Shown here in pieces: positions 1 to 10,348 of a stretch of 64,000 nucleotides of DNA. Position numbers and translations under genes: made by a program. Every line of letters begins with the position of its first letter. Positions within the stretch are counted from its first letter, which is position 1. The notes under the pieces were generated by a model. The model did not search any database. It worked only from the letters and a program-made list of their open reading frames with translations, and was not told where the DNA came from. Source of the DNA: Ignisphaera sp. (lineage in GTDB: Archaea; Thermoproteota; Thermoprotei_A; Sulfolobales; Ignisphaeraceae); the NCBI GenBank assembly GCA_038889075.1, contig JAWAHS010000002.1:44930-108929 (forward strand), written 5' to 3'.

Positions 1-528
1 GTCCCTCGATATGGCAGCCTTGACTGCTTTTACGGCAATTTCAACAGCTGTAGCTAGAGAAATATCGCTTTTGTATTCAGACTCTATTATGCCGATAGCT
101 ATAGGTGCACCTGTTCCTATAGCAGCATAATTGTCATCGATTATGGAGCCTATAGGATCTAGTACGTATAGATGGAAACCCTCTTCATCGTGGCCTGCAA
201 ATATTATTTCGGATAGGAATGGCATGAGCTTATAGCTATACAGAATAGCAGAGAGTAGTTTCGCAGCAGCACGAACTCTCATCTTTGATGAAAGTAGGAG
301 TTCTCTATACATAACCTCAGCACTTAATACCCTACTCAAGGTTTGCATATCTGCAAAAAGCCCAGCAGCAGCTATAACCATTCTATCCCCTATCTTAAAT
401 ACCTTCTTACCAACTCTACTAACTACATACCCACCATAGCTTATCCTCTTTTCAGCAGCTACAACAATTCCATCAACTGCTTTTATGCCTATAGCAGTGG
501 CCCCTATGGTCAATCTTTCATAGGTCAT
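1..528 (-). CDS. psmB: Proteasome beta subunit (runs off left edge); G-A-T-A-I-G N-terminus
   Basis: Manual translation: MTYERLTIGATAIGIKAVDGIVVAAEKRISYGGYVVSRVGKKVFKIGDR...GLFADMQTL; GGTG RBS upstream; absent from ORF track because the stop lies outside the window. Confidence 0.9.
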   Translation of the reverse strand, partial: MTYERLTIGATAIGIKAVDGIVVAAEKRISYGGYVVSRVGKKVFKIGDRMVIAAAGLFADMQTLSRVLSAEVMYRELLLSSKMRVRAAAKLLSAILYSYKLMPFLSEIIFAGHDEEGFHLYVLDPIGSIIDDNYAAIGTGAPIAIGIIESEYKSDISLATAVEIAVKAVKAAISRD

Positions 529-631
529 ACATTTAACACCTGCATTAGAAACTCTCCACTACCGGAATTTTAAAGTCTATATTATCTGTTTTACTTGTTA
601 CATAGTACTCAAGAACATTAAAGCATTTTGA

Positions 632-979
632 TCACGTCTTCATAGCGGGATCATAGCCATAGAGAAGCTTAAATAACTTTCTACCATCTTCAGTCATCAT
701 TTTAGGACTCCATGGTGTGTTAAGATCCAGATGAACCTCCACTTCTTTATCTGGAAATGCATTCTTTAATACATTTTTAGTTTGTTCAACAATTATATAT
801 GCTATCGGACAGAATGGTGACGTTACACCTAAGGTAACATCTATTCTATCATCTCTAATATCAATCGAATACAGCAGTCCAAGGTCATATATATTTATAG
901 GTATCTCAGGATCATACACATTTTTTAATGCCTCTATCACCTTTCTCTTTATCTCTTCCTCATTGCCCATTTTATACAC
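632..979 (-). CDS. DUF59/SufT-like Fe-S cluster assembly protein
   Basis: VYDPEIPINIYDLGL and TSPFCP motifs. Confidence 0.85.
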   Translation of the reverse strand: MYKMGNEEEIKRKVIEALKNVYDPEIPINIYDLGLLYSIDIRDDRIDVTLGVTSPFCPIAYIIVEQTKNVLKNAFPDKEVEVHLDLNTPWSPKMMTEDGRKLFKLLYGYDPAMKT

Positions 980-1093
980 ACAGTAGGACTGTATTAATTG
1001 TAGTGGTTTTTATGATTTTCTGTAATAAAGGCTCTCCTAAAGGAATATTCACAGCATGTGGGTAGCAGTGATGCACTATATCAAAAGTTAAAG

Positions 1094-1780
1094 TTATAAT
1101 GCTCGTAAACCTTCGAGAGCTTCGACTGTTGCTCGATACGGGTCTTCATGTTTGGTTATTGCAGATCCGATAATTACTATTTTGGCACCGTGTTCAACAA
1201 ATTGTCTCACATCCTTAGGTTTTATACCACCTGCTACAGCTACTATAATTCCAGTACCGGCTATCTCTTCAACCTCTTTCAATAGCTGTTTTACAGATAT
1301 GTTTCTCTTTCTCTGAACATCCACACCTATATGAACGCTTACTATATTAACTCCCATGTCTGCAAATCTTAAGGCTTTTTCAACAGGATCTCGTTGATGT
1401 ATAAGGTCTATTATCAAATCCACATTCAGTTCTCTACATAGAGATATAGCATCCTCCAGGATATCTTCATCTATAAAACTGAGTAGTGTAACTGCATGTG
1501 CACCGTGTCTCGCAAATGGCGTAAACTCAAGCTCTAGTGCATCTATAGCCTTTAGATCGGCAACAATAAGCTGATTTTTCAGAACTTCCTTTAATGCTAG
1601 CAATGCTTGCAATCCATGGCTTTTTATAAGAGGGGTCCCCAGCTCTATTATATGGGCACCAGCATTTATAGTAATTGAAGCGATCTCTAGGGCCTTTTTC
1701 AAATCTATGAAATCTAAGGCTATCTGTAGTAACGGTTGTTTAGATGCCTCCCTAAATAGTTCTCCCATAAATTTCACCAT
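1094..1780 (-). CDS. hps: 3-hexulose-6-phosphate synthase (HPS/KGPDC family)
   Basis: LQIALD, IELGTPLIK, ADLKAID, HIGVDVQ, VAGGI motifs. Confidence 0.8.
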   Translation of the reverse strand: MVKFMGELFREASKQPLLQIALDFIDLKKALEIASITINAGAHIIELGTPLIKSHGLQALLALKEVLKNQLIVADLKAIDALELEFTPFARHGAHAVTLLSFIDEDILEDAISLCRELNVDLIIDLIHQRDPVEKALRFADMGVNIVSVHIGVDVQRKRNISVKQLLKEVEEIAGTGIIVAVAGGIKPKDVRQFVEHGAKIVIIGSAITKHEDPYRATVEALEGLRAL

Positions 1781-3387
1781 TTAAACAAATCAACTATCTT
1801 AGATAATAGCTCTTTACCGTCTCTTGTCTTAGGATATGTCACGGTACTTAGCGATTTTGGGAAGGGGGTGGTCTTGATGTACTCTATGTACTTCCTAGGC
1901 CAATTTTCAGTATCAAAGCCCTTTTGAGCAAGTAAAACTATAAGCCACCTTTCACTTCCAAATCCGGAACAGCCTGTCCATAGTGTCTCACCTTTATTGT
2001 GCTTTATTCTAAAAGGTTCCGTAAATTTAGTGCCGTGTATTGATATGTTCCCTATTTCAATCCAATTCTTATTATCTTCCCTCTCACCTCTGTATGGAAG
2101 CCATGCCTCAAAATCTATTGTTCCAGGTCTATTCACTTCAATAATATTCTCTATAGATTCTTGTATAGTACCAGATTGTTCGTAGAACCATGGAGTTACC
2201 CAGGCCATTCTCCATTCAATGTCTAGAACCCTATCCATAAAATACTCATAGCGTTCTAAAAGCTCATTTCGTATCCTTGTAACATCATCAGGTTTTCCAA
2301 GCCATACAACCTCCACTCTATGGAACTCTATCACCCTCTCTATACCATGAATACCTCCAGATTCCCACCTGTATGACGGCCCACTCTGATCGTACCATTT
2401 TATTGGGAGTGAGCTATCGTCAAGAACCTCGTTTTCAAAGAACCAGTAAAAGGGTTCGCACTGAGCAAAACATAGGAAGTACGATGGTGATCTAAGGTAT
2501 TTCTGTAACTCCTCTGGTGGAACCTCGTTCAATACATACATAAGATCTATCAATTCTTCGAATTCCGAAATATCGTAGCTCCTTGGAAGTGAAGCAAAAA
2601 CCATAGAGTTTACTACACCCTTTAAATGACCTGTCTTCAATCCGACCTCTAAGGGGTACATCTTCGGAAAAATAGCCTCTTCAAATCCTAGGGGCTTTAC
2701 AACTTCATCAATGAATAGCCTCTTAAGTGCATTTAACATATGTGTGAGCGGAGGAGTATACAGCCACTGGCCAATGGACATTCTCTTCATCCATCCGATA
2801 CGCTCTAGTATATCATTTGGATCTTCCGTAAAGGCTTTTATTATCTTCTTATCACTTTTCTTTATAAGAATCCAGTGTTCTGATTTTCCGCCCCACTTAG
2901 CTCTCTGCTCCTTATCCTCTATAAGCCTTACAAGTCTAAGGAATAAAGGCTTTTTAAGATCATTTTCATCGAGATCCGCGAGCTCTATAGAGGTACGATT
3001 ATCGTCACCTACTATGCTTTTTATAAGCGGTATCTTTAATGATACGCCGATTCTGCTATTAAGTACGATCTTTGGATTGCGAAGAATTACTCCTCTAATT
3101 CCAATTTTATATCTTGGACCTAGTGTGGCTGATAACACGTTCTTTATTCTTAATGCGGCTTCGTCTATTCTAATCTTACTTCCAGTTTCAATTTCTAGGG
3201 TTATTTCCGAATCCTTAAAAGTGTATGAATTTATGTGTGCGGCCTCCTTAGGATCCCTCGTTCCCCGTTTGAGGTAATCCCTATTCAGATACTCTACAAT
3301 CTTCTCGATTTCTTTCTTCATATCTTCAGACAATACTTTACTAAATATTATTTCAACAGTTCCTGTGAATTCCATAAATACCCACAT
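1774..3387 (-). CDS. serS: Seryl-tRNA synthetase, methanogen-type (Zn-dependent, type 2)
   Basis: FAQCEPFY, SYRWESGGIHGIERVIEFHRVE and WTGCSGFGSERW motifs; mixed alpha/beta N-terminal domain instead of a coiled coil. Confidence 0.9.
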   Translation of the reverse strand: MWVFMEFTGTVEIIFSKVLSEDMKKEIEKIVEYLNRDYLKRGTRDPKEAAHINSYTFKDSEITLEIETGSKIRIDEAALRIKNVLSATLGPRYKIGIRGVILRNPKIVLNSRIGVSLKIPLIKSIVGDDNRTSIELADLDENDLKKPLFLRLVRLIEDKEQRAKWGGKSEHWILIKKSDKKIIKAFTEDPNDILERIGWMKRMSIGQWLYTPPLTHMLNALKRLFIDEVVKPLGFEEAIFPKMYPLEVGLKTGHLKGVVNSMVFASLPRSYDISEFEELIDLMYVLNEVPPEELQKYLRSPSYFLCFAQCEPFYWFFENEVLDDSSLPIKWYDQSGPSYRWESGGIHGIERVIEFHRVEVVWLGKPDDVTRIRNELLERYEYFMDRVLDIEWRMAWVTPWFYEQSGTIQESIENIIEVNRPGTIDFEAWLPYRGEREDNKNWIEIGNISIHGTKFTEPFRIKHNKGETLWTGCSGFGSERWLIVLLAQKGFDTENWPRKYIEYIKTTPFPKSLSTVTYPKTRDGKELLSKIVDLFKW

Positions 3388-3540
3388 CTATTTCATAGGT
3401 TATAGATGAACAAGAAAAATATAAGTAATAATGTTCTAATTTAATGATGCTACCTATGGAAGAGGGCTAGAATATCTCATCAAATAAATTGCTATAGAAA
3501 TTTGGTTAAGTTTTAAACTGTGGGTATGGAGTTGAAATAA

Positions 3541-4290
3541 ATGGGGATCGTATTGCCGTTAGATAAATACGAGTTAGAGAGGTATAGCAGACAGTTACCG
3601 TTAATCGGTGTAGAGAGGCAAGAGAAGTTAAAGAGTTCAACGGTGTTAATTGTTGGCGCAGGAGGTCTCGGATCAGTAATATCCGTATACCTTACGTATA
3701 TCGGTGTGGGTAGAGTGATCATAGTTGATGATGGTATTGTAGAGCTAAATAATCTGAATAGACAAATAATATACAGCGATAGAGATGTAAATGAGCCTAA
3801 GGCTGTTGTTGCGTGTAGAAAACTACGGGAGGCCAATCCGAGGGTTGTGATTGATTGTTATGGGGAGAGGTTTGATGAACGTAGTGGGGATAGGTTAGTT
3901 AAAGAAGCTGATGTGGTTATCGATGCTCTGGATAATTGGAGGACAAGACTTATTCTAAATAGTTTATGCATTAGAAATGGAAAGCCTTTCATACATGGTG
4001 GTGTAGAAGGCTGGCATGGACAAGTAACAACAATAATTCCCGGGCAGACACCATGTTTGAATTGTTTATTTGTTGGGAGAAAGGTTGTAGATAAAGAGAG
4101 TGTCATCCCTGTCATTGCTTTTACGCCTGGTATAATAGGACTTATTGAAGCAACAGAAGCAGTGAAACTATTAATTCAGTCAGGTGAGCTTCTCACAAAT
4201 AAATTGCTACTTGTTGATCTATATACAATGGAATTTAAAACCGTTAATATAAGTAGAAATCCTAAATGCCCAGTATGTAGTAGGGCATAA
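3541..4290 (+). CDS. ThiF/MoeB/UbaA E1-like activating enzyme
   Basis: RYSRQ, GAGGLG, NLNRQ, DALDN and two CxxC motifs. Confidence 0.9.
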   Translation: MGIVLPLDKYELERYSRQLPLIGVERQEKLKSSTVLIVGAGGLGSVISVYLTYIGVGRVIIVDDGIVELNNLNRQIIYSDRDVNEPKAVVACRKLREANPRVVIDCYGERFDERSGDRLVKEADVVIDALDNWRTRLILNSLCIRNGKPFIHGGVEGWHGQVTTIIPGQTPCLNCLFVGRKVVDKESVIPVIAFTPGIIGLIEATEAVKLLIQSGELLTNKLLLVDLYTMEFKTVNISRNPKCPVCSRA

Positions 4291-4352
4291 TATCTCTATT
4301 AAAATCCTTTACGTCAATGCATTGATTGTAGAATGAAATAACCAATTTTTAC

Positions 4353-6113
4353 TTAAATGGTAACTTCTTCAATCAATTTGAATTGGTTTAGACGGTTGAT
4401 CATGTTACTGATGGTAGCCTCGTCGATGTCTATACCATATTCTAAAGTTATGTAGTACTTTATTTCATCTATTCCAAGGGATCTGTGCATGAGGAGTAAG
4501 GGTATGTAGTGTGTAAATAGAAATTGTATAGGCTGCTTCTCTAATAGCTCTAGGATATCCTCTAGATTTTGTATAGATTTGCACAATCTTAGGATAGTTC
4601 TAAGTGTTAGCACCCCTTTACCTCCGATATATCGATACTTTATAGAACCCTTCTGTACCTCTTTACCGGTTGGGCTTTCCATGGATTTCAACCGCTTCAA
4701 AGTCTCTATATCAAATTTGAGCTTAGTATACCCACTGATGTACTCCCTATAGGCATTGTTTATCATCTCCACCACCTCTCTATCTAAGCAATCAGATGAT
4801 ATTGCATATAGGGCAGATCCTATTCCTACACCAATTCTTTTTGCCAAAATCGGATCTAATTTATCAACAGAGTCGAGGTTTGTATGGTAGTATATATCTG
4901 GCCACTGATTAATCATTATTGATGGTATTGAAAATTGTAAATAGATATCATGGTCACTTCCACCGTCATACGAATTTACATCGAGACGGTAGGATACTAT
5001 CTTGACCATATTTGAAAAAGATCTATTTATTGATAGAGATTCGATTAGATATTTGATTAGTATGCCCTCGTATTCCGTGGTATTCATGAAGAGGGGAGGT
5101 CTAATGATATTTATAGTCGATCCTGTTATTTCCTGTTTTTCGCCTATCATATCAAGGTTCACACCAAATACTATTCTTGATGATTGGTGCGAAGTTTTAT
5201 GCAATAAATACGGTAATGAACCATAGTACTCAGGAAACCATACAAATACAATTTTCATAGACTTTGGTGCAGCCATTCTACCTCTATATAATGCTCTGTC
5301 AAATGATTTAGCAAGCTCTAGAAGTGTTGCTGAACCACTTATATTATCATTTATTGTACCAGCTGGGTGACAGTAATGCGCAAAAGCGTGTAGTTCGTCT
5401 CTACCTTCTCCTAGAGTAGCTTCTATAACGTTAATCTTTGCATCCCTAAAATACTCAGCATCGATAACTATCCTTACGATAGGCTTTAGTCCACGTTCCA
5501 ACATACTCACTATACTATGGGCATGCCTCCTTGAGATTGTAGCAGCAGGGGTTTTTGCCACCATAGCCTCTTCAGGTGTTAGAAACAGTGAAAGATAGGG
5601 AACAGCATCCTCGTACACACCTGTCTTAAAGAATAGAAAACCTTTTACACCAAGCTGAGATGCAACCCTGTATACAAGATAGGGATTACCGTGTGCTAGA
5701 ACTATTTTATCGCCAACATTCTTATCCCTATAATGTGCAAGCCTAGTTCCCTCACCTACATATACAACTTCCCCTTCTACATCGCCAGGTGGGGTATGGG
5801 CTACCGCACAGAGCTTAGTTTGCAGATGGGAGGTCAAGATTTTTCTAGAGGGCTTAACAAGTTCCACAAAACATTCATTGAGGTTCCATCCTATAACAGG
5901 TGGGTGAAGCTCGTACCAAGTACTATATTCGTATGTATACAGCTTTACATCGAATTCCCTTAATGTTTCTAATTCACTTCTTATATATTCTGAGGCCTTC
6001 TCCAAATCTCTAGACCCTTGAATTCTATGGAATTTCATTAACGTTGAAATGATCTCTATAAGCTCCTGCTCTGAAAAGAATTCACTTAGGGTAGTAAGTA
6101 TATTCTTAGTCAA
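4353..6113 (-). CDS. M28-like aminopeptidase (DUF4910 type) with PA domain
   Basis: HYCHP..NDNISG, PEYYG, NLDMIG, GSDH, YHTNLD motifs. Confidence 0.75.
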   Translation of the reverse strand: MTKNILTTLSEFFSEQELIEIISTLMKFHRIQGSRDLEKASEYIRSELETLREFDVKLYTYEYSTWYELHPPVIGWNLNECFVELVKPSRKILTSHLQTKLCAVAHTPPGDVEGEVVYVGEGTRLAHYRDKNVGDKIVLAHGNPYLVYRVASQLGVKGFLFFKTGVYEDAVPYLSLFLTPEEAMVAKTPAATISRRHAHSIVSMLERGLKPIVRIVIDAEYFRDAKINVIEATLGEGRDELHAFAHYCHPAGTINDNISGSATLLELAKSFDRALYRGRMAAPKSMKIVFVWFPEYYGSLPYLLHKTSHQSSRIVFGVNLDMIGEKQEITGSTINIIRPPLFMNTTEYEGILIKYLIESLSINRSFSNMVKIVSYRLDVNSYDGGSDHDIYLQFSIPSIMINQWPDIYYHTNLDSVDKLDPILAKRIGVGIGSALYAISSDCLDREVVEMINNAYREYISGYTKLKFDIETLKRLKSMESPTGKEVQKGSIKYRYIGGKGVLTLRTILRLCKSIQNLEDILELLEKQPIQFLFTHYIPLLLMHRSLGIDEIKYYITLEYGIDIDEATISNMINRLNQFKLIEEVTI

Positions 6114-6205
6114 GGATGTATCACCGCATATCCATATCTTCCAGTTCCACTATCTAGGTAAGGTTAATAAATATTTTCTATACAAAAATAATCGATCAAA
6201 CGGCT

Positions 6206-7384
6206 TTGAAACTGGCTATCACGGTGTTAGAGGTGGATATAGGGGTTATTGGATGCGGAATTGCAGGGCTTACGGTATCCTACTACCTACTTAATGATAG
6301 AGTAGCATCCAGCATTACAATATTTGAGCGTAGAACTCTAGTGCCACGTAAGCACTGTACTGGTTTAGTCTCGCTAGAGACTTTGATGAAACTTCCTCTT
6401 GCATCGAGATTTGTAGAGAATATGTATAGATCTATGATATTTTTGATACATGGAGCGAACTTTGGGATAGAGATAGTAGCAGATAGATATTTTGCATGTA
6501 GAATTGATAGAGTGAGGCATGAAATCGAGCTAATGCGTTCTCTAAATGAGATGGGAGCTGTAATAAACCTAGGCTGTGATGTGACCAACATATCCAGCTA
6601 TAACAATAAATATTTTCTAACTTTTAAAAGGGGTGGAGAAGGGCTCCTCTCTACACACTTTGATAAAATTGTCATAGCAGAAGGATATCCACCGAAACTT
6701 TCGAGGAAGTATGGATTGAGTGCTAAATACGATGTTCTTAGGGCTCTTCAAGAGGAAGTCTCTATAAGTAGTGCATTAAAGAATGATCAAGTAGAGACTA
6801 TATACGTATTCATTTCGCCAATACTTTTTGGAAAGGGTTTTGCTTGGCTTGTGCCGATAGATAGATACAGGATTATTGTCGGATACGCCACAGAGTACAC
6901 ATCATCGATAGAGATGTTGGAAAATGTAAAGCAGGTCTTTAAAAATATACTGAAACTATCATACAGATCCGTTGAAGATCTCTATGGAGGAGATGTACTA
7001 CAGGGATATCCGATAGCTACATATGCTAACGATATATTAAGCATAGGAGATGCTGTATCGATGGTAAAGAGTATTAGCGGTGGCGGTCTTTATGCTATAT
7101 CGTTAGCATCGAAACTGTATACTAGAATTATAAACTTAGGCGGTGTTGAGCATTATAGAGCTCTAAGAAAGCTATTCAAAATACTAAGAATGCAATATAT
7201 CATTAAAAATGCAGCCTGGAATATATTGAGACATGCCCTATCCAATACCAACATTATAGGACAAGTTAACAAAATCTTAAGCTTCAATCTAAAACACTTA
7301 GATTATGATAGACATGACCTGCTTATATATACATTTCTCACTAACTTCCTTGGGTTTAAATTGAAAAGCATTGATAGGATTTAG
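6206..7384 (+). CDS. Geranylgeranyl reductase-family FAD oxidoreductase
   Basis: GCGIAG Rossmann motif, KHCTG, FAWLVP, GDA..VKSISGGG; true start may be a few codons downstream. Confidence 0.75.
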   Translation: MKLAITVLEVDIGVIGCGIAGLTVSYYLLNDRVASSITIFERRTLVPRKHCTGLVSLETLMKLPLASRFVENMYRSMIFLIHGANFGIEIVADRYFACRIDRVRHEIELMRSLNEMGAVINLGCDVTNISSYNNKYFLTFKRGGEGLLSTHFDKIVIAEGYPPKLSRKYGLSAKYDVLRALQEEVSISSALKNDQVETIYVFISPILFGKGFAWLVPIDRYRIIVGYATEYTSSIEMLENVKQVFKNILKLSYRSVEDLYGGDVLQGYPIATYANDILSIGDAVSMVKSISGGGLYAISLASKLYTRIINLGGVEHYRALRKLFKILRMQYIIKNAAWNILRHALSNTNIIGQVNKILSFNLKHLDYDRHDLLIYTFLTNFLGFKLKSIDRI

Positions 7385-7588
7385 AATGCCGCTGATACTA
7401 TTTCCTCCATTGAGTGTATAGCTTCCGTTCTCGATATTATTGAGATTTAAGAATTAGCATTTCGGTATTACTTTAAATAGAAGAGAGCATTCAATTTGCT
7501 ACATCGAAATTTCAGAATAACATCCATAGAAGGTGAGATATATACAGGAGAAAAGCTTTTATTTTTGTCCATTAGGATTGTAAGTAGG

Positions 7589-8023
7589 ATGCTTATGAGT
7601 AGGCTCATAAAATACTCGCCATGGCTTGTTCACTTTAATACTGGTGCATGTAATGGCTGTGATATCGAGGTTCTAGCGGCAATTACACCACTTTATGATC
7701 CTGAACGCTATGGAGTCAAACTTTCTCCCTCCATAAGACACGGAGATATTCTTATTGTAACAGGCGTTGTTACTAAGAAGGCAGCTGAGAGGTTGAAAAG
7801 ACTCTATGAGCAGATGCCGGATATAAAGTATGTTGTGGCTGTAGGTGCGTGTGCATACGATGGAGGAGTATTTAAGGGAAGTTACAGCATCAGTGGTGGT
7901 GCTAATAAGGTAGTTCCAGTTAATGCGTATGTGCCTGGATGTCCACCAAGACCAGAGGAGATCTTGAGAGCATTACTGCTATTATTAAAGAGAGAAAAGG
8001 TGGAAGAAACTGAGCAGCATTAA
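7589..8023 (+). CDS. mbhJ: Group 4 [NiFe]-hydrogenase small subunit (NuoB-like)
   Basis: GACNGCDIE, VGACA, PGCPP; start moved to ATG 7589, downstream of a TATA-like element. Confidence 0.9.
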   Translation: MLMSRLIKYSPWLVHFNTGACNGCDIEVLAAITPLYDPERYGVKLSPSIRHGDILIVTGVVTKKAAERLKRLYEQMPDIKYVVAVGACAYDGGVFKGSYSISGGANKVVPVNAYVPGCPPRPEEILRALLLLLKREKVEETEQH

Positions 8024-8462
8024 GGAGATTGAAGATATTCTATCAAGCTACATAGTTAAGAAGGATATCGTGAAGCCGAATAGACCCAGATTCCATATTG
8101 ATGCAAATAATTTGAGAGAGGTGATAGCCTTACTGAAGCAGCGTCTAGGAGAAGAATCATTTTATATATCCAATATTATAGGAGTCGATAGAATGGCTGA
8201 GGGTATTATAGAGGTTAATTACTTTATACACGTTGTGCCGCTTGCCAACACAATAGTAATTAGGGTAACGGTACCCAGGGATAAACCACAAGTGCCGAGC
8301 CTTATAGATATGATACCGGGTGTGTATTCAGGTGAGTGTGAGACCTATGATCTTCTCGGTGTGGAATTTATAGGAAATAAGTATTTGAGAAGAGGCTTCT
8401 TTGTACCTATTGATGTAGCTTCTAAAAATGTATTTCCACTGAGAAAAGATGCAAAGGTGTAG
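8010..8462 (+). CDS. mbhK: Hydrogenase subunit, NuoC-like
   Basis: GECETYDLLGVEF..N and FPLRKD motifs; frame open back to CTG 8010 behind a GGTGG RBS (track start 8070). Confidence 0.8.
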   Translation: MSSIKEIEDILSSYIVKKDIVKPNRPRFHIDANNLREVIALLKQRLGEESFYISNIIGVDRMAEGIIEVNYFIHVVPLANTIVIRVTVPRDKPQVPSLIDMIPGVYSGECETYDLLGVEFIGNKYLRRGFFVPIDVASKNVFPLRKDAKV

Positions 8463-8467
8463 AATAT

Positions 8468-9682
8468 TTGGAGGATGAAGTTGTAGAAAAAGCAACCTCG
8501 TTAATTAAGATCCCTGTAACACTAGAGATACCAATAGGACCGCAGCATCCAGCTATACACGAACCCGTTCTCCTAAAGGTTTATGCCGATGGAGAAGAGA
8601 TCGTAGGTGTTGAGATAGGTACCGGCTATAATCATAGAGGGGTCGAGAAGCTTCTCGAGAATAATACGTTCTATAAAGATAAATTCATAGCATCGAGAAT
8701 ATGTGGCATCTGTAATACTGTGCACGAAAATTGTTTTACAAGAGCTGTAGAATATGTAGCCGGCATGGAACCGTCACCTAGAGCTAAATATCTAAGGGTC
8801 TTGGTAATGGAATTAGAGAGGATACACAGTCACATGATTATCAATGCTATTATGGCAGAGATTATAGGCTTCGATACACTATTCATGTATATAATGAGGG
8901 ATAGGGAGCTTGTAATGAAAGCAAAGGAAATAGTTAGTGGTGGTAGAGTTATGGCAGAGTTTCACATGTTTGGTGGGGTACGAAGGGATATAGACGATAT
9001 TAAAAGAGATAGACTAATTGAAATACTTAAGAAGGTGGAACCTAGATTAAAGTACTATAGAAAACTATTTGAAAATGATCCAACGATAAGTAAAAGGCTC
9101 ACAGAAATAGGGGTATTAAAGGCGAAGGATGCCACTTCCCATGGAATGTTAGGCCCCATTCTAAGGGGAAGTGGAATAAGAAGTGATGTGAGAGCAGAGG
9201 ATAAGTATGATGCATATGGTGAAATACCATTTAATGTTATTGTAAGGGGTGAGGGAGATTCACTGGCCAGGATGCTCGTTAGATGGGATGAAGCGCTAGA
9301 GTCTCTTGAAATGTGCAAATATATACTTGAACACCTTCCTAGTGGTTCTGCTGTAGTAGATGAGAGAAAACTTCCAAGAACCTTTCCACCAGGCGAATCA
9401 TTTGCAAGGGTTGAGGCTCCTAGGGGAGAACTCACATACTATATCCAGCATACAGGGGGCAACAAGCCCTACAGGGTTAAGGTGCGTACACCATCCTTCA
9501 ACAATATAATAAATAGCGGATTCAGCTATTTAGGGCATAGTATTGCAGATGTACCTGTAATTCTTGTTAGCTATGATCCATGCATATCGTGTATGGAAAG
9601 GGCGATAGTAGTTGATCTGAAGAAGGGGGTAGAGAAGAGAGTTACACTCAGAGAGATTGCTATGGGGGTGGCAACTCCATGA
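8468..9682 (+). CDS. mbhL: Group 4 [NiFe]-hydrogenase catalytic large subunit
   Basis: GPQHP; L1 RICGICNTVH; L2 YDPCISCMER followed by a cleavable C-terminal tail. Confidence 0.95.
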   Translation: MEDEVVEKATSLIKIPVTLEIPIGPQHPAIHEPVLLKVYADGEEIVGVEIGTGYNHRGVEKLLENNTFYKDKFIASRICGICNTVHENCFTRAVEYVAGMEPSPRAKYLRVLVMELERIHSHMIINAIMAEIIGFDTLFMYIMRDRELVMKAKEIVSGGRVMAEFHMFGGVRRDIDDIKRDRLIEILKKVEPRLKYYRKLFENDPTISKRLTEIGVLKAKDATSHGMLGPILRGSGIRSDVRAEDKYDAYGEIPFNVIVRGEGDSLARMLVRWDEALESLEMCKYILEHLPSGSAVVDERKLPRTFPPGESFARVEAPRGELTYYIQHTGGNKPYRVKVRTPSFNNIINSGFSYLGHSIADVPVILVSYDPCISCMERAIVVDLKKGVEKRVTLREIAMGVATP

Positions 9683-10053
9683 GTATAGTTAGGGAAGTAA
9701 TAAAGAATCTTCTATCGAAGCCTGTAACCATTGAGTATCCTAGGAAGCCCACACCGATAGAAAAGGACTTTCGGGGAAGACACTATGCGGATCTGAAAAA
9801 GTGTACAGGATGCACTTTATGTGCAATCGAATGTCCATCCAATTGCATAACTATGGAAAAGTTACCAGAGGATGTCAGGTTAAAACATAATCCCAGAGGT
9901 CTGTATCCAAATATTAACTACATGTCATGTGTGTTCTGCTATAGATGTGTAACGGTGTGTCCTGTAAATGCTTATATGACAACAAATGAATATAGGATGT
10001 CGTCTATAAAGGAGGTTTATTCACGGGAACTTACATTACAGACGCTGGGTTGA
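9679..10053 (+). CDS. mbhN: 2x[4Fe-4S] subunit, NuoI-like
   Basis: CTGCTLCAIECP and CVFCYRCVTVCP. Confidence 0.9.
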   Translation: MSIVREVIKNLLSKPVTIEYPRKPTPIEKDFRGRHYADLKKCTGCTLCAIECPSNCITMEKLPEDVRLKHNPRGLYPNINYMSCVFCYRCVTVCPVNAYMTTNEYRMSSIKEVYSRELTLQTLG

Positions 10054-10059
10054 TGGAAT

Positions 10060-10344
10060 ATGGGAATAGAGGAGCACGTAATGTTCTTCATAACAATAAT
10101 AATACCGGTATTCATAGTATCGATTGTACTCTATCTGATACGGGCGCTAAAGGGCCCAACCATTCCGGATATGGTGATAGCTATCGATGCTGTATCATAT
10201 GATATAGCTGTATTTTTAGCGGTGCTGGCTGTATACTTTAAATCACCCATTTTAGTATCCTGTGTTATAGTACTTATGTTGTGGGCATATGCTCTCGACA
10301 TCTATGTAGCTAAATATCTCGAATCTAGGGAGATGGGGGGATAG
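10060..10344 (+). CDS. mbhB: Mrp antiporter subunit F-like
   Basis: RALKGPTIPDMVIAID, 3 TM helices. Confidence 0.85.
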   Translation: MGIEEHVMFFITIIIPVFIVSIVLYLIRALKGPTIPDMVIAIDAVSYDIAVFLAVLAVYFKSPILVSCVIVLMLWAYALDIYVAKYLESREMGG

Positions 10345-10348
10345 ATAT

